Shown here: positions 40,530 to 53,726 of the stretch, piece after piece
Position numbering within the stretch: position 1 is the stretch's first letter
Layout of the letters: every line of letters begins with the position of its first letter
Assembly: GCA_964016885.1 (NCBI GenBank)
Contig: OZ024742.1
Coordinates: 154,194,001 to 154,258,000 of the forward strand
DNA: 64,000 nt
DNA from: Eledone cirrhosa
Taxonomy: Eukaryota
Direction of reading: 5' to 3'
Program-made: the position numbers and the translations under genes
The notes under the pieces: model-generated
What the model was told of the DNA's origin: nothing
The model's input: only the letters and a program-made list of their open reading frames with translations
Databases searched by the model: none

Positions 40530-41426
40530 ACTTTGGGAGGGTCATGTTGCCAATAAGAAACACACGCACCAGTGTCTTCACTTAAATTTATTATAATAAA
40601 TTTATAACTTTAGGAATTTATAAATTTCCGGTTGGTTAGTTGGTTCCAGAACCAGATGGTTCTTTATAAATTGTCAAATTCTTTCATCACACATTATGTG
40701 ACCTCTTCAGTGACTGGGGGTTCTTTTCTTTGTTGTTTGTGCCTCTCCTCTGTTCTGTCCTACGCCATCTTGTTTTTGTGTGTGTGTTGTGTGCTTAGTT
40801 TGCGCATGTGTTACATCCGGGTGTCTGTGTGTGTTTCTATTCGTTTATTTATTTGTTTATTTACATGTTACTGGTTGGTTGTTTGTTCTATGTGTGTGTG
40901 TGTTTTCATTTTGTTCTTAATTGTAAGTTGTCATGTTGCTGTTCTACTCGTGTTTTCTATTTAATTTTGGTTGTAATTCATTTATTTTTATTGCCTCTGT
41001 GATTTGTCTAAACATTGCGTATTTTCTGTGTGTAGATTCTATTTTTATTTCTATGTTCTCTAATTTACCCTTATGTTCTATTTTAGCATGTTAGTAGAGT
41101 ACAGATGATTCTTTACTATCTTGAAGGTCTCGCCAGTGTTCATTTATCCGTTCCCCTATACTACGAGCTGTCTCACCTATGTACACTATAATTTTATCTC
41201 TACATTGTCCTTTAGTACATCTTATGCTATATACTACATTTCTAGTTTTACAGTTAATACGGGGGCTTAATTTACAGATTATACATTTCTTATCTATACA
41301 GGGCGGTCTTTGAAAAGGGTATGTCTTGCTAATAAGTGTTTTTATGGAGGTACCTGCTCTTTCTACTATCTTAATATTGAGTTTATGTTCATCTAGGGCC
41401 CTTCTAAATTTGTAAGCTAATTCACC

Positions 41427-41430
<4 letters not shown>
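40530..41430 (-). mobile_element. PLE 3' end: GIY-YIG endonuclease (absent from the ORF track), 3' UTR and HHR
   Basis: Manual translation from 41428: ...IKIVERAGTSIKTLISKTYPFQRPPCIDKKCIICK..NCKTRNVVYSIRC..C..VYIGETARSIGERINEH. (TA)n at both ends. Confidence 0.88.
40672..40715 (-). ncRNA. Minimal hammerhead in the PLE 3' UTR
   Basis: guca-CUGAAGA-g gucacau aau gugugau-GAAA-gaa-UU-ugac. Degenerate relatives at 49955-50000 and 53640-53685. Confidence 0.62.
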
Positions 41431-41486
<56 letters not shown>

Positions 41487-43475
41487 AAGAGAGAATGAGA
41501 GAGCGAGAGAGAATTTTAAAATTATAAACTTGCAATCTACTTCTATTAAAATTTTCCTTAGAATCGATGCATATTTCGAAAAAAATGTAGTTAATCTGTA
41601 ATCAATATTGTTGGATCTTTTATTTAGGAATTAAAGTTCAGAATGAAACCTTCCACATTCAACATTTAAATTAAACAGTCTTAAACAAAGGTACAAAACC
41701 ACATGATAATAAATGAATGAATACGATGGACTTATATAATATATGTTTACTTTAAGTTGCGCTCCATTAATGATGATTTTCCTACAAGGCCGATACTTAA
41801 TTATAAATTAAGGGCACTTATCAGTTTTAACTCAACTGGAAGCGCAAATAATTTCAGAAATCCATTATCATGTTGCTTGGATTCGTTTTCTATGCATTAT
41901 CGATATAATTATCAGGTTTGTCTATTATAAAAACCACAATGCGTAGGCGTAATTAAAAGTTAATTACAGTTTTAGAAAACATGTGGTTAAAATATTGACG
42001 CATTTCTGTACCAATTAATTATTCGTTAAGCGTTATACTTGTTTGGCTTTCACTTGAAATCGATAAATGCTTTTCGCTTTCATTTGCCTATTGATATTTA
42101 AATCTTACCATTCATTCTTCTTTATTTCGCCATCAACTATAATTTACCTTGTAGAATTCAAATCGTTAATTGTATTAAATTAATTATTGCACTTGAATTA
42201 CTGCGATTCAGATATCAAAACCTGTACCAAACATAAGTATGTTAAATATTTCATGTATCCTACAGCTAATATACACTAAAGCATACTAATCCTTTCATGA
42301 ACTCAGATGACCTTAGTATTACCTATTCACTAAACTATTGAATATTGACAAAGATAACTGAAAACTTACGAAAATATCAAAGTTTCACTTGACAAGAGCG
42401 TTAACCTCTCTAATCTGGATTTTATCGACTGGTAGAATGGCATTTCTTTGCACAATAAATATATAATGTATATATAGCAATCACAATACATATAGAGAGA
42501 TTTGAAATATGTCATTGTACTGCTATCAAATACAAGACAGATAGTGTAGTGAGAAAGATGTTATTCAGTTAGTAAACCTATTTCATATCTAACATTATAT
42601 GATATGCCAGATGATATTTTAAAAACAAATTATCAGATTACGTCTTATTCTCATATATTAGCGTAAACAATAATCCGACTGTAATCTCAAGAAACATTGA
42701 GCATTTTGCCAAATTAAACAAATTATATAGTATGTCAAGTGGGAAATGTTCGAAGTGCTTTATATGTGTATTGGCTACTAACTCCATAAATATTAGAAAT
42801 AAAATAAATAAACTCATAGTATAAACATCATGACATTCATATATAAATGAACATGGTTATTATATATAAATTATCAAATATTAATAACATCTATGTATTA
42901 ACTATTTAATTCGGATATTTTGGGACATGAAATAAGTATTGTATAAATATCACCCTTAACAATATGTATATATTATTAGAATTACAGTTTGTATGAGAAT
43001 GTAAGTGTAAAGAAAAGTTAAGAGATGTCTGTTTAAAAAAGGTTTACCAGCTGGTCAGAAAAAAGTACATCGACATTGATTCACACACAATTCTTGGCAC
43101 CAGTGAGAAAAAGAGAGAAGCGTCCTTGACACAGACAACACCATGGCACTAATGAGAATTGATTGGCCCAAACAAAACTCTGGTAATTGTGAGAGAAATA
43201 GAGCAGCTTGATTGACCCAAACAAAACACTGGCACTAGGGCGAGAAAGAGGGCAACTTATCTTCCTAGTAAAGAGTGAACTCCTCAAAAGTCACTCAGTG
43301 TTATATCGTTCCTGAAAAATAAAAGAAACAACAAACTAAAGTGATTTTAAATATGAACTAAACAATAGTTATAGATGTTTCCACAACACCCTTATATTTC
43401 AACAGTAAAACAGGAAACAAAACAGCTTCTTTATCGTCATTCAGTACGGTAGAATGAATACGTTAGATAAATAAC

Positions 43476-43662
43476 TGTTTCTAATTTTGGCACAAGGCCA
43501 GCAATTATCCAGTATATTACTGGTGCTTTATTTTATCGACCCGGTAAGGATGAAAGGCAAAGTTAACCACAACTGGATTTGAACTCAGACCGTAAAGAAA
43601 TGTAACTATGCTAGAAAGCATAGCACCCAACCCTCTACAGATACTGCCAATTCACTGCCCTT
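43476..43662 (-). mobile_element. tRNA-derived SINE with 18 bp TSD
   Basis: TSD atacgttagataaataac at 43458-43475 and 43663-43680. Confidence 0.9.
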
Positions 43663-43822
43663 ATACGTTAGATAAATAACATGGTCTGGAGTGCATTGTG
43701 GTTTCTAAAGAGAAAATCACAAATAAGATACGTTTTGGGTTAGCAGAATCGCCAAAATGTTAAGGATCTTTACGTTCTGATTTCTGATTTCGACATAGTC
43801 TTTCATTATTTCAATGTCAAAA

Positions 43823-43992
43823 AGGGTGGTAGATTGGCAGTATCGGTAGAGGGTCGGACGCCATGCTTTGACGCATAGAATTACGGCCACTCTCAGTTCA
43901 AATCCCGCCGAGATTAACTTTGCCTTTCATCCTTACGGGGTCGATAAAATAAAGTACCCGTTATTGCTGGCCTTGTGCCAAAAGTAGAAATA
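43823..43992 (+). mobile_element. tRNA-derived SINE with 18 bp TSD, nested in an older SINE
   Basis: TSD attatttcaatgtcaaaa at 43805-43822 and 43993-44010. Confidence 0.88.
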
Positions 43993-44336
43993 ATTATTTC
44001 AATGTCAAAATATAAAGTACCAGTCATGAAAATGGGTAAAATATATAATCGAATTTCGTTCCAGAGAAAGGTCCGGGGTGAGAAACATACATGAAGAAAT
44101 AGTTGAAATATGGATTCATAAATCTTCAAAATTTAATATTAATTAGAAATGTATGTTTTAATCCACAGAATGAATTTATATGTAGAATAATATATAGATC
44201 CTTATGCATCTTCACAACCAGCTGGTGCTTAGAAGCCTTTTACCAATTACATTATGCTGCAAGTTATCCCCGAATTAGAGATAATTCGTCTCTCTTCCCA
44301 ATCAGTTGCGGTGACCCTGCACATCCCTTCTAGACT

Positions 44337-44378
<42 letters not shown>

Positions 44379-44405
44379 AAAGAATAGTGGTGTAACACAC
44401 AAGTT

Positions 44406-44454
44406 ATTAATAACAGATCAGATTAATAACAGATCAGATTAATAACAGATCAGA
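44406..44454. repeat. 16 bp tandem repeat x3 (attaataacagatcag)
   Basis: Direct reading. Confidence 0.9.
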
Positions 44455-44669
44455 GCAAACAGCACGGACACTCTATCTCAAAATTATTTTTGAAAAGCAT
44501 TTAGAAATGCGCAACCGGTAAAAACTTAAAAACTTAAAACCACAACTGAATACTAACCCATACAATCACTAATACTCTTTTATTCCTAATTAAACCATTT
44601 TTCAACTGTGAACAATTTGTCAGCATTTTCTATTCCGTTTACCAATATATATATATATATATATATATA

Positions 44670-47050
44670 CTAAAAAATTGAACGGGAACAAAACATAGAG
44701 GCAGTACGAACAAAGGTTTATTCGTTTCACGCTCGTGAGAGTGGGGTGGTGGTGGGAAACGACGTTTCGGGCATAAGCCCTTCTTCAGGTGAAAAGTGTG
44801 TGGGAAGAGAGTTCCAAGGGTCCGTAGGGGAGTGGTGGAGAGACATATAGAAAAAAGGGGGTCAGAAGAAGAACACAGGCAATCATGGACAAAAAATCAT
44901 AGACAGAAATAAACAAGTACAGTAAATAAATAAATCAAAGGTAATGCAAAGAAAGGAAAAAATAAGTTTGGGGATGTGTGTGGAAAGTTCAGAGAGTGGT
45001 CACAGCGGATTAGATCGGGGTTGAGCCGATATATATATATAAATATATATATGTTTTTGTTTTCTGTATTAGGTTCACGCTTGAGAGTGTGTGTGGAGGA
45101 CGACGTTTCGAGCATAAGCCCTTCGCATAGAGAAAAGTGTGAAGGAAAAGAGTTCCGATGGTGTGAGGGGGGAGTGGTGGAAAAATATTAAAGGGAGGGG
45201 GGTGACGGGAAGGACAAAAAATTAAAGAGGGTAACAAAATTAAAATGAAACAAGTGGTGAAATGGTGTGAGGCGTGTGGGGGTGGTGGTGGGTGGATGTA
45301 AGAGGACCGGGGAGAGGGAGACAGGGGGTCCGAGCAGGGATGGCGGACGGTGGTGTGTGGGTATGTTTGTGTGTGTATGTGCGGATGTGAGTGTGAGAGT
45401 TTGGGGAAGAACAAGGTTGCATGTTCGGGTAATAGGAAAACCAGTGTGTACATGATGTGGGGTGTAAGTCAGTGTATGCGTCCGTGTGGATGGAGATGGG
45501 TCAGTGGGCGGAAGGGTCTTGCGGAGTCCGGAAGCCGAGTATGTGTATGTGAGGATACGCACGTGTGTGTGATTTTGTGTGGTGTGGATGTATGGTTATG
45601 TGTGTGCGAAAATAGTACAAGTGTTTGTGTGTTCGTATGTATGTGTGTGTGTTCCTGAGTGTTTTTCCGATGAGTATAAGAAGAGATAGTGAAAAATCCG
45701 AGTATAACAGGGTGGATGACTGGAGCGGTGTAACCAGTGGTGTAGAATCCATGGAATAGTGCGAAGGAAGTAGAGAGTTGTGGTGTGCGCGCACAACAGG
45801 AAGTGGTAAAGAGGGTCAAGGCAGGGCGAAGAATGTGGGAAAGAGGAAATAGCAGTAGGAGGGTGTCAGACAGGCAGTGGTAGGGATGAAGGCAGGCAGA
45901 CGGACGGCTGTTATGGTTGGTCTGTATATGTGTGTGGAATGTGTGTATGTGTGTGTATGTGTGGCGAGAAGTGGTGGTAGTTGAGGGGGGAGACGGTGGG
46001 TGAGGACGCGGGGCGTGAGGTGAGGGCGGTGGGTCGGTGGACTGCGTGAGCGCGAGTGAGGATCGCGTGGACGAGGGAGGGGCGGGGTAACAACTCTGGA
46101 TGAAATGGCTGACCAGAGACAGGGCCTGAGTCTCGAAGTCAGCATCTCGGCTGCAGAGGCGGTGGACCCGGAGGAGTTGGGAGTAGGGAATGGAGTGTTT
46201 GATGTGTGTAGATTGGGACAATGTGACGTCGAGGTAGGAGTGGGAGTGGGTGGGTTTGTAGAAGGCGGAGGTGACGAAGGCGGAGGTGACGAAGGAGCGG
46301 TAGGAGGGATCGCTGGCGACGTAGATGTCCAAGATGTGGACGTGGGTGATGGAGATATAGGTGGTGAAGTGGAGGCAGGGTTCGAAGGAGCAGAAGAAGG
46401 AGAGAAAGGGTCGAGCTGTTCTCGGGTGAGGGTCGTGGCTCCGATGCAGTCGTCGATGTACCGGCCGTACAGTTTGGGCGTGGGGCCATTGTATTGGGCC
46501 AAGAATTGGGCCGCAATATGGCCAACGAAACGGTTGGCATAGGTGGGGCTCGTTCTTCTGACCATGGCTACCTCAGTGACCTGCTGGTAAAACTCACCCG
46601 AGAAGGAGAAGCAGTTAAGGGTGAGGACCAGCTCGGTGAGGCGATGGGAACGGCGGAGGGATGAAAGTGGAGGCAGTGCCGGTGGGTGCGTAGGCCGTCG
46701 GCCTGAGGGATGACGGTGTAAAATAACTTAATATTTAGGGTGAAGATGAGGGTGTGGGCCGGGTGGGAAGGTGACGGTGTCAAACAGTTGAAGGGCGTGG
46801 TTGGTGTCCGAGATGTGGGAGCGGAGGGCGGTGACGAGGGGGGGGGGGTCGAGAAAGACGGAGATGAGTTCAGTGGGGCAGTTGAAGGCGGAGACGATGG
46901 GGCGGCCGTGGCTGTCGGGTTTGTTGATCTTGGGGAGGAAGTAGGGGGTGGGGTGTGGGGATGCAGATGATGAGGTTTGGAGGCGCTGGGAGGAAGAAGA
47001 ATAGAGAAGAGACGAGGTATGGATGGTGGTCAAAACTTGTTGTTGGTAGA
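44670..47050 (-). mobile_element. PLE (Neptune-like) with decayed RT and tandem HHR-bearing pLTRs
   Basis: YFLPKINKPDSHGRPIVS..CPTELIS.FLD, PTYANRFVG, GRYIDDCIG, FYKPTHSHSYL..SIPYSQLLRVHRLCS. Direct repeats at about 44725-44840 and 45073-45182. Confidence 0.88.
44755..44795 (-). ncRNA. Minimal (dimer-type) hammerhead
   Basis: cac-CUGAAGA-a gggc uuau gccc-GAAA-cg-UC-guu. Stem I is weak. Decayed twin at 45098-45135. Confidence 0.7.
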
Positions 47051-47099
47051 GGATGTGGGGTCGGAGTTGTCAAGAGTATTGGTTAATATGTGTTGTAAA

Positions 47100-48520
47100 C
47101 ACAGATAATTCTATCATGCCATTTGGAGGGAGGAAGGGATGGCTAAACTTATCTGTAGAACAATAGAGGAGTGCGTGGTGCGGACAAGCGTTGAAAGTGA
47201 TATGTATACAGCAGATTCTAAGGATAGTGTATGAAGTGGAGGAGGGAGGTTATAGAATAGGTAAATCGAATGAGAGTAGGAGACAATAAAAGATAATAGA
47301 AAGAAATAAAAAAAATATATAAAATTAGATAGAGAGAAATGAATTAAAAAAATCACAATGCTATCTTACAATTACAGGTTAATAAGTTGAGAATAGAAAA
47401 ACCATGTAAAAATTGAATAGTACCAGAACTGATACAAAATTAATGGAGTTTAACACGTCTGCTATAAGTAGTTAGTAAAACGTATTCGGCCAATTCTATC
47501 TTAAAATTACAGGGGTGGGGAAACTGATGCTACAGAGGCCCAATGGGCTGCATCGGGGTAGGCGTAAGGTGAAAAGCAGAGGAGGAAGGAAATAGTGGGT
47601 GGAAGGAAGTGATAGGATGAGACAGGGGAGAAGAAGACAAAGAGGAAAAGTAAAGATGGGAGATACATTTACCTAAGTAAGCTGGGGTTTCCCCTAACTT
47701 ATTCGGCAAGTGTGGGGGGGGGGGTATCAGCCCTTGTCCACCACCCGGGTCACTATGGGGTTTGCGCGCGAGGTAAGTGCTACGCAATCTGTGTTTGCAT
47801 GAGGTTACCAGTTCGTCTTTCTTGTGAAGGGGTTGTTCCTTCGAAAATAGCATTTGTAATGTTTCCTCCGAGCATAAGTTACACGGACGGCTTCCTCTCG
47901 TATAAGAGATAGCTCTGGACAGTAAGCTCCAAGTGAGTTTGTAGGTTATATTATTATCTTGGAGGTGCCAGATGTGGCCCGAAAGTGTAGTGGCATGTCG
48001 CCGGACCGGGTTTCGGAAAGTATGTCGGTGCTGGTAGAGTCGGGTCTTGAAGTCACACGCGGTTAATCCTATATAAGCTTTGTTGGAGGTGTCCGTCCTC
48101 ACGTTGCACTGGTAGATCACGTTACGTTCTTGGCATTTGTTGTTGAGGGGGCACGTAGATCTATCAGGGCAGTTACAACTCCTGGTCGTCTCTCCACTGA
48201 TGTCTAGGTTATTTCTTCCATAGGGGTTGAGTTTTTTGTTGTTTGAGGAGACGACGTTTTGTGCGAAGTTAGGTGTGGTGTTGTAGGAGAGTTTGATGGT
48301 ATTTTTGTTGATTATGTTGTGGTAGCGGTGTTGTAGTGGGAAGTGTTTTTCGAAGTGTCTAAAGAAGATTTTCCCGATAGGTTTTGCCACGTCGGCATTA
48401 TGGGGAGGATTGAACCACGTTACCTTGCATTTAGTGGCGGTGTCGCAAGCTGGTTCCGCTAAGAGAAGTTGTATAAAAGGATATTTCCGCCCGGAAGCCA
48501 CTCCGCTTGAGGGCATGGTT
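47100..48520 (-). mobile_element. Naiad-type PLE 3' half (GIY-YIG region open) and 3' UTR
   Basis: ORF 47530-48516: VTWFNPP, NTIKLSY, CNC..CPL..C, NVIYQC..YIGLT..FKTR..QH, CNLC..E, CKHR. Paralog of 1-1300. Confidence 0.9.
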
Positions 48521-48544
48521 GTCTATATGTATATAATACTACTA

Positions 48545-48695
48545 AAACTCTATGGATTTATGGTTCTCTGTAATTTAATACACCCAAAACGGTGCATAAT
48601 GGGAAAATGCTTTGAAAGGAAGTACCGCTGAAATAGGAATACTAATGTAATGACAGATTTTCGCAAAAATAGGAGCACGAGATCCCGAGTTACAC
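48545..48695 (-). repeat. Interspersed repeat shared with 61820-61950
   Basis: gcataatgggaaaatgctttgaaaggaagt is the reverse complement of acttcctttcaaagtattttcccattatgc. Confidence 0.7.
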
Positions 48696-48880
48696 GTTTT
48701 TTTTTCTGGTTGCCTTCATAAATGGAGAGAGAGAAAGTTATAAAGAAAGAGATAGTGAGAGAGAAGGAGATGGAGAAGGAAAACGGAACAGAGAGAGAGA
48801 GATCTGGTGGTGTTGTTGAACCCACACGCAAACACACACATACACACATATATATATGTATACGCACACACAGACACACA

Positions 48881-49165
<285 letters not shown>

Positions 49166-49544
49166 TTGACTCAAACTAATTAGTTTCTGTAAGGGGATAA
49201 ATATGGTTACCTAGCGTATTCATAGAGAAGCCTTACGTCATCGGGGAGTCTATTCTCAGCTAAGCTTCCAGGCAATAATTCAGTGGATGGAAAAAAGCGA
49301 GTGGGGGCTAGATTCCAAGACATTGAAAAATTCACTGCCTACTTGGTTAAGTGGCAAATTCAGAAGTATCTATCACGTGACACTGAGGTTAATCAGCTAG
49401 GAGTGGGGGTGCTATTAAGACAGAGCCTAGCCCCTACTATTAATCACAGTACTAATTTCGGCAAGTTTTGCTCAACAAATAATTTGGAGATAATTATAAA
49501 GAATTAGTATATCTACCAACATATGTTGGTAGATATACTAATTC

Positions 49545-49781
<237 letters not shown>

Positions 49782-49911
49782 TAGCCCTTCCAATGTCATT
49801 TTACAATATATGTGTGTGTTTAGTTTAAGATTATAATTAAAGATTATTTTTAAGAGAATATGATTGTTTTAAATATTTTAATGCGAACGTGAGCCAATGG
49901 GTCAAGGGTGG

Positions 49912-49950
<39 letters not shown>

Positions 49951-50571
49951 TAGTCTATCAATGTTCTATCGTCACATTTTTGTGACATCATCAGTGGTAC
50001 TATTGTTTAATGATTAGTGTGTGTATGCGTTCGTGTTTGAGTGTATGTGTTTTTGTTTTCTATTCTATCTTTGTTCACTGGTGCGTGTTTATATGTTTTA
50101 GTTGTTATTGTACTTGCGTATATATATATACCTAGCCATACACGTAACTTCTTCACTTAGGGTAGTCACACATAGACAAACACTCAGATGCACACATATA
50201 GTGACTTACACACACAAACATTAACACACACGCAAAAACACTCGCACACACATATCTATCTATCTATCCATCTATATATCTATTCATATTTATAATTATA
50301 CATAGTACAGTGTGGAACATGTATTAAGACAATTCCTCAGATGATTAGATTTGTCGTTCGGTGCGTTATCAAAATCGATAATTTCTAATCGATAATTGAT
50401 TACTTAGATGGGCGGTCTTGATTAATTCTTCGGGCAAATGAATCTTTTACCCTTTTAAAATATGTATATTTTCCTGACTTTTATTTACTTTCTGTATGCA
50501 AAACAAAATAATATGTGATTCTCAAACGATATATGATTCGTTCTCTCATATATCTTTCATAGTTAATTACA

Positions 50572-50635
<64 letters not shown>

Positions 50636-50677
50636 GTTTGTACACATAAACACACACATATATATATATAATTATAA

Positions 50678-51403
50678 GTAGAAATCTACTAGATAAATAA
50701 TCATTTAAACGGAGCAAAGTTTATAATGTAACTTTGAAGAAATAACAGATAAATGTTATCGATCTTCCTCTATGAGGAACAGTCAAATCAAATTTACCTA
50801 GTCAGGACTGGAAGAATTCTTGGTCCGTAGAAATTAACTAGACAAATAATCAATTGAACGGAGCAAAGTCTAAAATGTAAGTTTGAAGAAAAAAATAGAT
50901 AAACATTACCAAGAATTCTCCCAGTCCTGACTATCGATTGTTTCGCTCGTACTTTGTGGAAATGTTTAATCGTTGCATTATCCATAAGGCTCCGAGATTT
51001 TCAAGAGACTCCCTCAGGTAGGACCGACATTTCCATATTGATCGGTGTTAGTATCGAATTCAAAAGGAGCGAAAAACATCACGTTGCTAGCGGTCAAGAT
51101 AGAAGTGTTGAGAAGGGTAGGCCGGTGGCAAGTAAGTGCATTGCTACAAGAAGCAGTTAGTTACCTCCTAAGGTTTACTCAATCGTAAGGGAGTATGTAA
51201 CAAAGTCATAAGGACATATATATAATTAAACATAGTCACAGATACATATATGAGTGTTGGCTACCTTCAACGGTGTGGCTCGATGGGTGAATGAATTAAG
51301 TAAATACTTACCAATCAGAGCTATATAAAATTATAAGTTTGAAGAATAATCAGACAAAATTTATCCAACTTGTTCATCTTAGTCCGTAAAAATTAACTAG
51401 ATA

Positions 51404-51465
<62 letters not shown>

Positions 51466-51977
51466 GGGGGGGGGTAAATATATTTATATATACAGAAAAG
51501 TTGAAATTGGAAATAGCACGGAAAATATATTTAAGAGACGTTTGTTATTTTTTTTTTAAAGGATCTGGGTTTTTTTTCCTCTTTTGATTCTTCAAAGTGA
51601 CATTATTAAAAAAAGGAGAGGGACAATTCTTGTAAAAAGCGTTTTATGATATATGTAAAGAATATAAAGTATAGCCAGTTTCGATGTATTAGTAACATTC
51701 ATATGAACAAATGTTGAGTATTACAATTAAAAAGAATTAATATAAGTATTAATAAGAATGAAAAACTAAAAAGTAAAGATCTAATATTAAGTGTTGAGGC
51801 AATTTTTTTTCATTTTCCTTGTTGCGAAGGAGACTGGAAAAATTAAATATTGTGTATAGAGAGAGAGAGGTGTAGTCATGATAATAATATTTATATATAT
51901 GTTATCTAGTTGATTTCTACGGACTAAGAAGAAAAGATTGGATAAATTTTGTCTGATTATTCTTCAAACTTATAATT
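50678..51977. repeat. Cluster of direct and inverted copies of a short unit
   Basis: 50678-50760 is repeated at 50827-50910. 50801-50824 is inverted at 50909-50931. 51330-51410 is inverted at 51895-51977. Confidence 0.7.
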
Positions 51978-52077
51978 ATGCGTGGGTGTGTGTGAGAGTG
52001 TCTCCGTGTGTATGTGTGTGACCTATCTATGTATATATATAACGAAGGAAGTGTGGTAAGGAACCAGATGGACCATA

Positions 52078-52184
<107 letters not shown>

Positions 52185-52280
52185 TATTAAGTTGTTAAAC
52201 AATATTCGATTTATTATGTCAAAGAATGAGTTTTACAGTAGATTGGAACCTCTCAACTGTAAAATAATTGCCAGCAGTTA

Positions 52281-53422
52281 TTAATATTAAAATATAAGTA
52301 TTAATAAAATAGATGTTCTTTTGATCAATTACATTTTATTATACATATTTCGGATGTACAACAGTACGTTCTCATTAGACAAAATATAATGATACATGAC
52401 GTACCCTGAGATATTAAATGGTTAAGATTAAATCAAGGTAGTGATTACCCGATCTGTGTGAGAGTGCGAAAACGTAACAAATTCATTAGAGAATGTAAGA
52501 AAAAACGTTGCATACTTAAAGTGTTCTAAATTGTTAAATTGTATGATACGATAATATCTAGGGAAACGTCTCGTGAATCATAACAGCCAGTGATAGCCAC
52601 TGGAAAAACAGATTTATAAGGAGGGAAAGATAAAGTGTTGGTGTCGAAAGTTAAACGGTTAGAATTTGGAAATATTTAATTTATAGAATATAGAATTTGG
52701 AAATATTTAATTTATAAAATATAGATTCGAACTTATATATAAATGTGTATTTTGTTCGCTCTACTTTCGATCTCTTATTTATTTATTTATTTATAATATG
52801 ATGTTTTATAATATATATATTGTATATATATTGTATTCTATATATTATATTCTATATATTGTATTTCATTTTGTACGTCCTTTAAAATGTTATTATCACA
52901 ATTCAGAACTTTAGAAATGATAACACACTTATCGAATTTAAATAACAAATAATCCTGAAATCTGGGGTCTTCACATTAATATTGTAAATTAAATATTTCC
53001 AAATTCTAACTGTTTAACTTTCGAACCCCCCCCCCTCCCCACACACACACAGACTTTATCTTTCCCTCTTTATAAATATTTTTGCAGTGGCTATCACTGG
53101 CTGTTATGATTCACGAGACGTTTCCCTAGATATTATCGTATCATACAATTAAAAATTTTAGAACACTTTAAGTATGCAACGTTTTTTCTTACTCACACAT
53201 TCTCTAATGAATTCATTTCGTGTTCTCACTCTCACACAGATAGTATATAAGCAAAATTTTCTATCGGGTAATCATCCCCTGATTAAATCTTAACCATTTA
53301 ATATCTCAGGGTATGTCATGTATCATTATATTTTGTCTGACGAGGACGTACTATTGTACATCCGAAATATGTATAATAAAGTGTAATTGATCAAAAGAAC
53401 ATATATTTTATTAATACATTTA

Positions 53423-53430
<8 letters not shown>
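52281..53430. repeat. Large inverted repeat (about 400-440 bp arms) with an HHR near each outer end
   Basis: 52281-52685 pairs with 52985-53430. Confidence 0.88.
53332..53380 (+). ncRNA. Minimal type I hammerhead ribozyme
   Basis: tttgt-CTGACGA-ggacgtac tatt gtacatcc-GAAA-tatgta-TA-ataaa. The mirror copy at 52335-52384(-) has the mutated core CTAATGA. Confidence 0.8.
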
Positions 53431-53472
<42 letters not shown>

Positions 53473-53726
53473 CACACACACCACACACCCACACACATAT
53501 ATATATATATATTTTTTTTTAATAATTTAGGAGAGTAATGCTGCCAATATGAACACTTGTACCGGTTGGTTTTCACTTCAATTTATTATAAATTTCCGGT
53601 TGGTTGGTTCGTTGGTTAAACGGATGATTGTTTATATATTGTCAAAGCTCATTCGTCACACATTCTATGACCTACTCAGTTACTCAGTTTTTATTTTGTG
53701 TCTCTTGTTTTTTGCTCTCCCATAAG

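Noticed and set aside
46105-46970. Gly/Asp/Glu-rich plus-strand ORFs
   Set aside because: Antisense shadows of the C-rich PLE RT.
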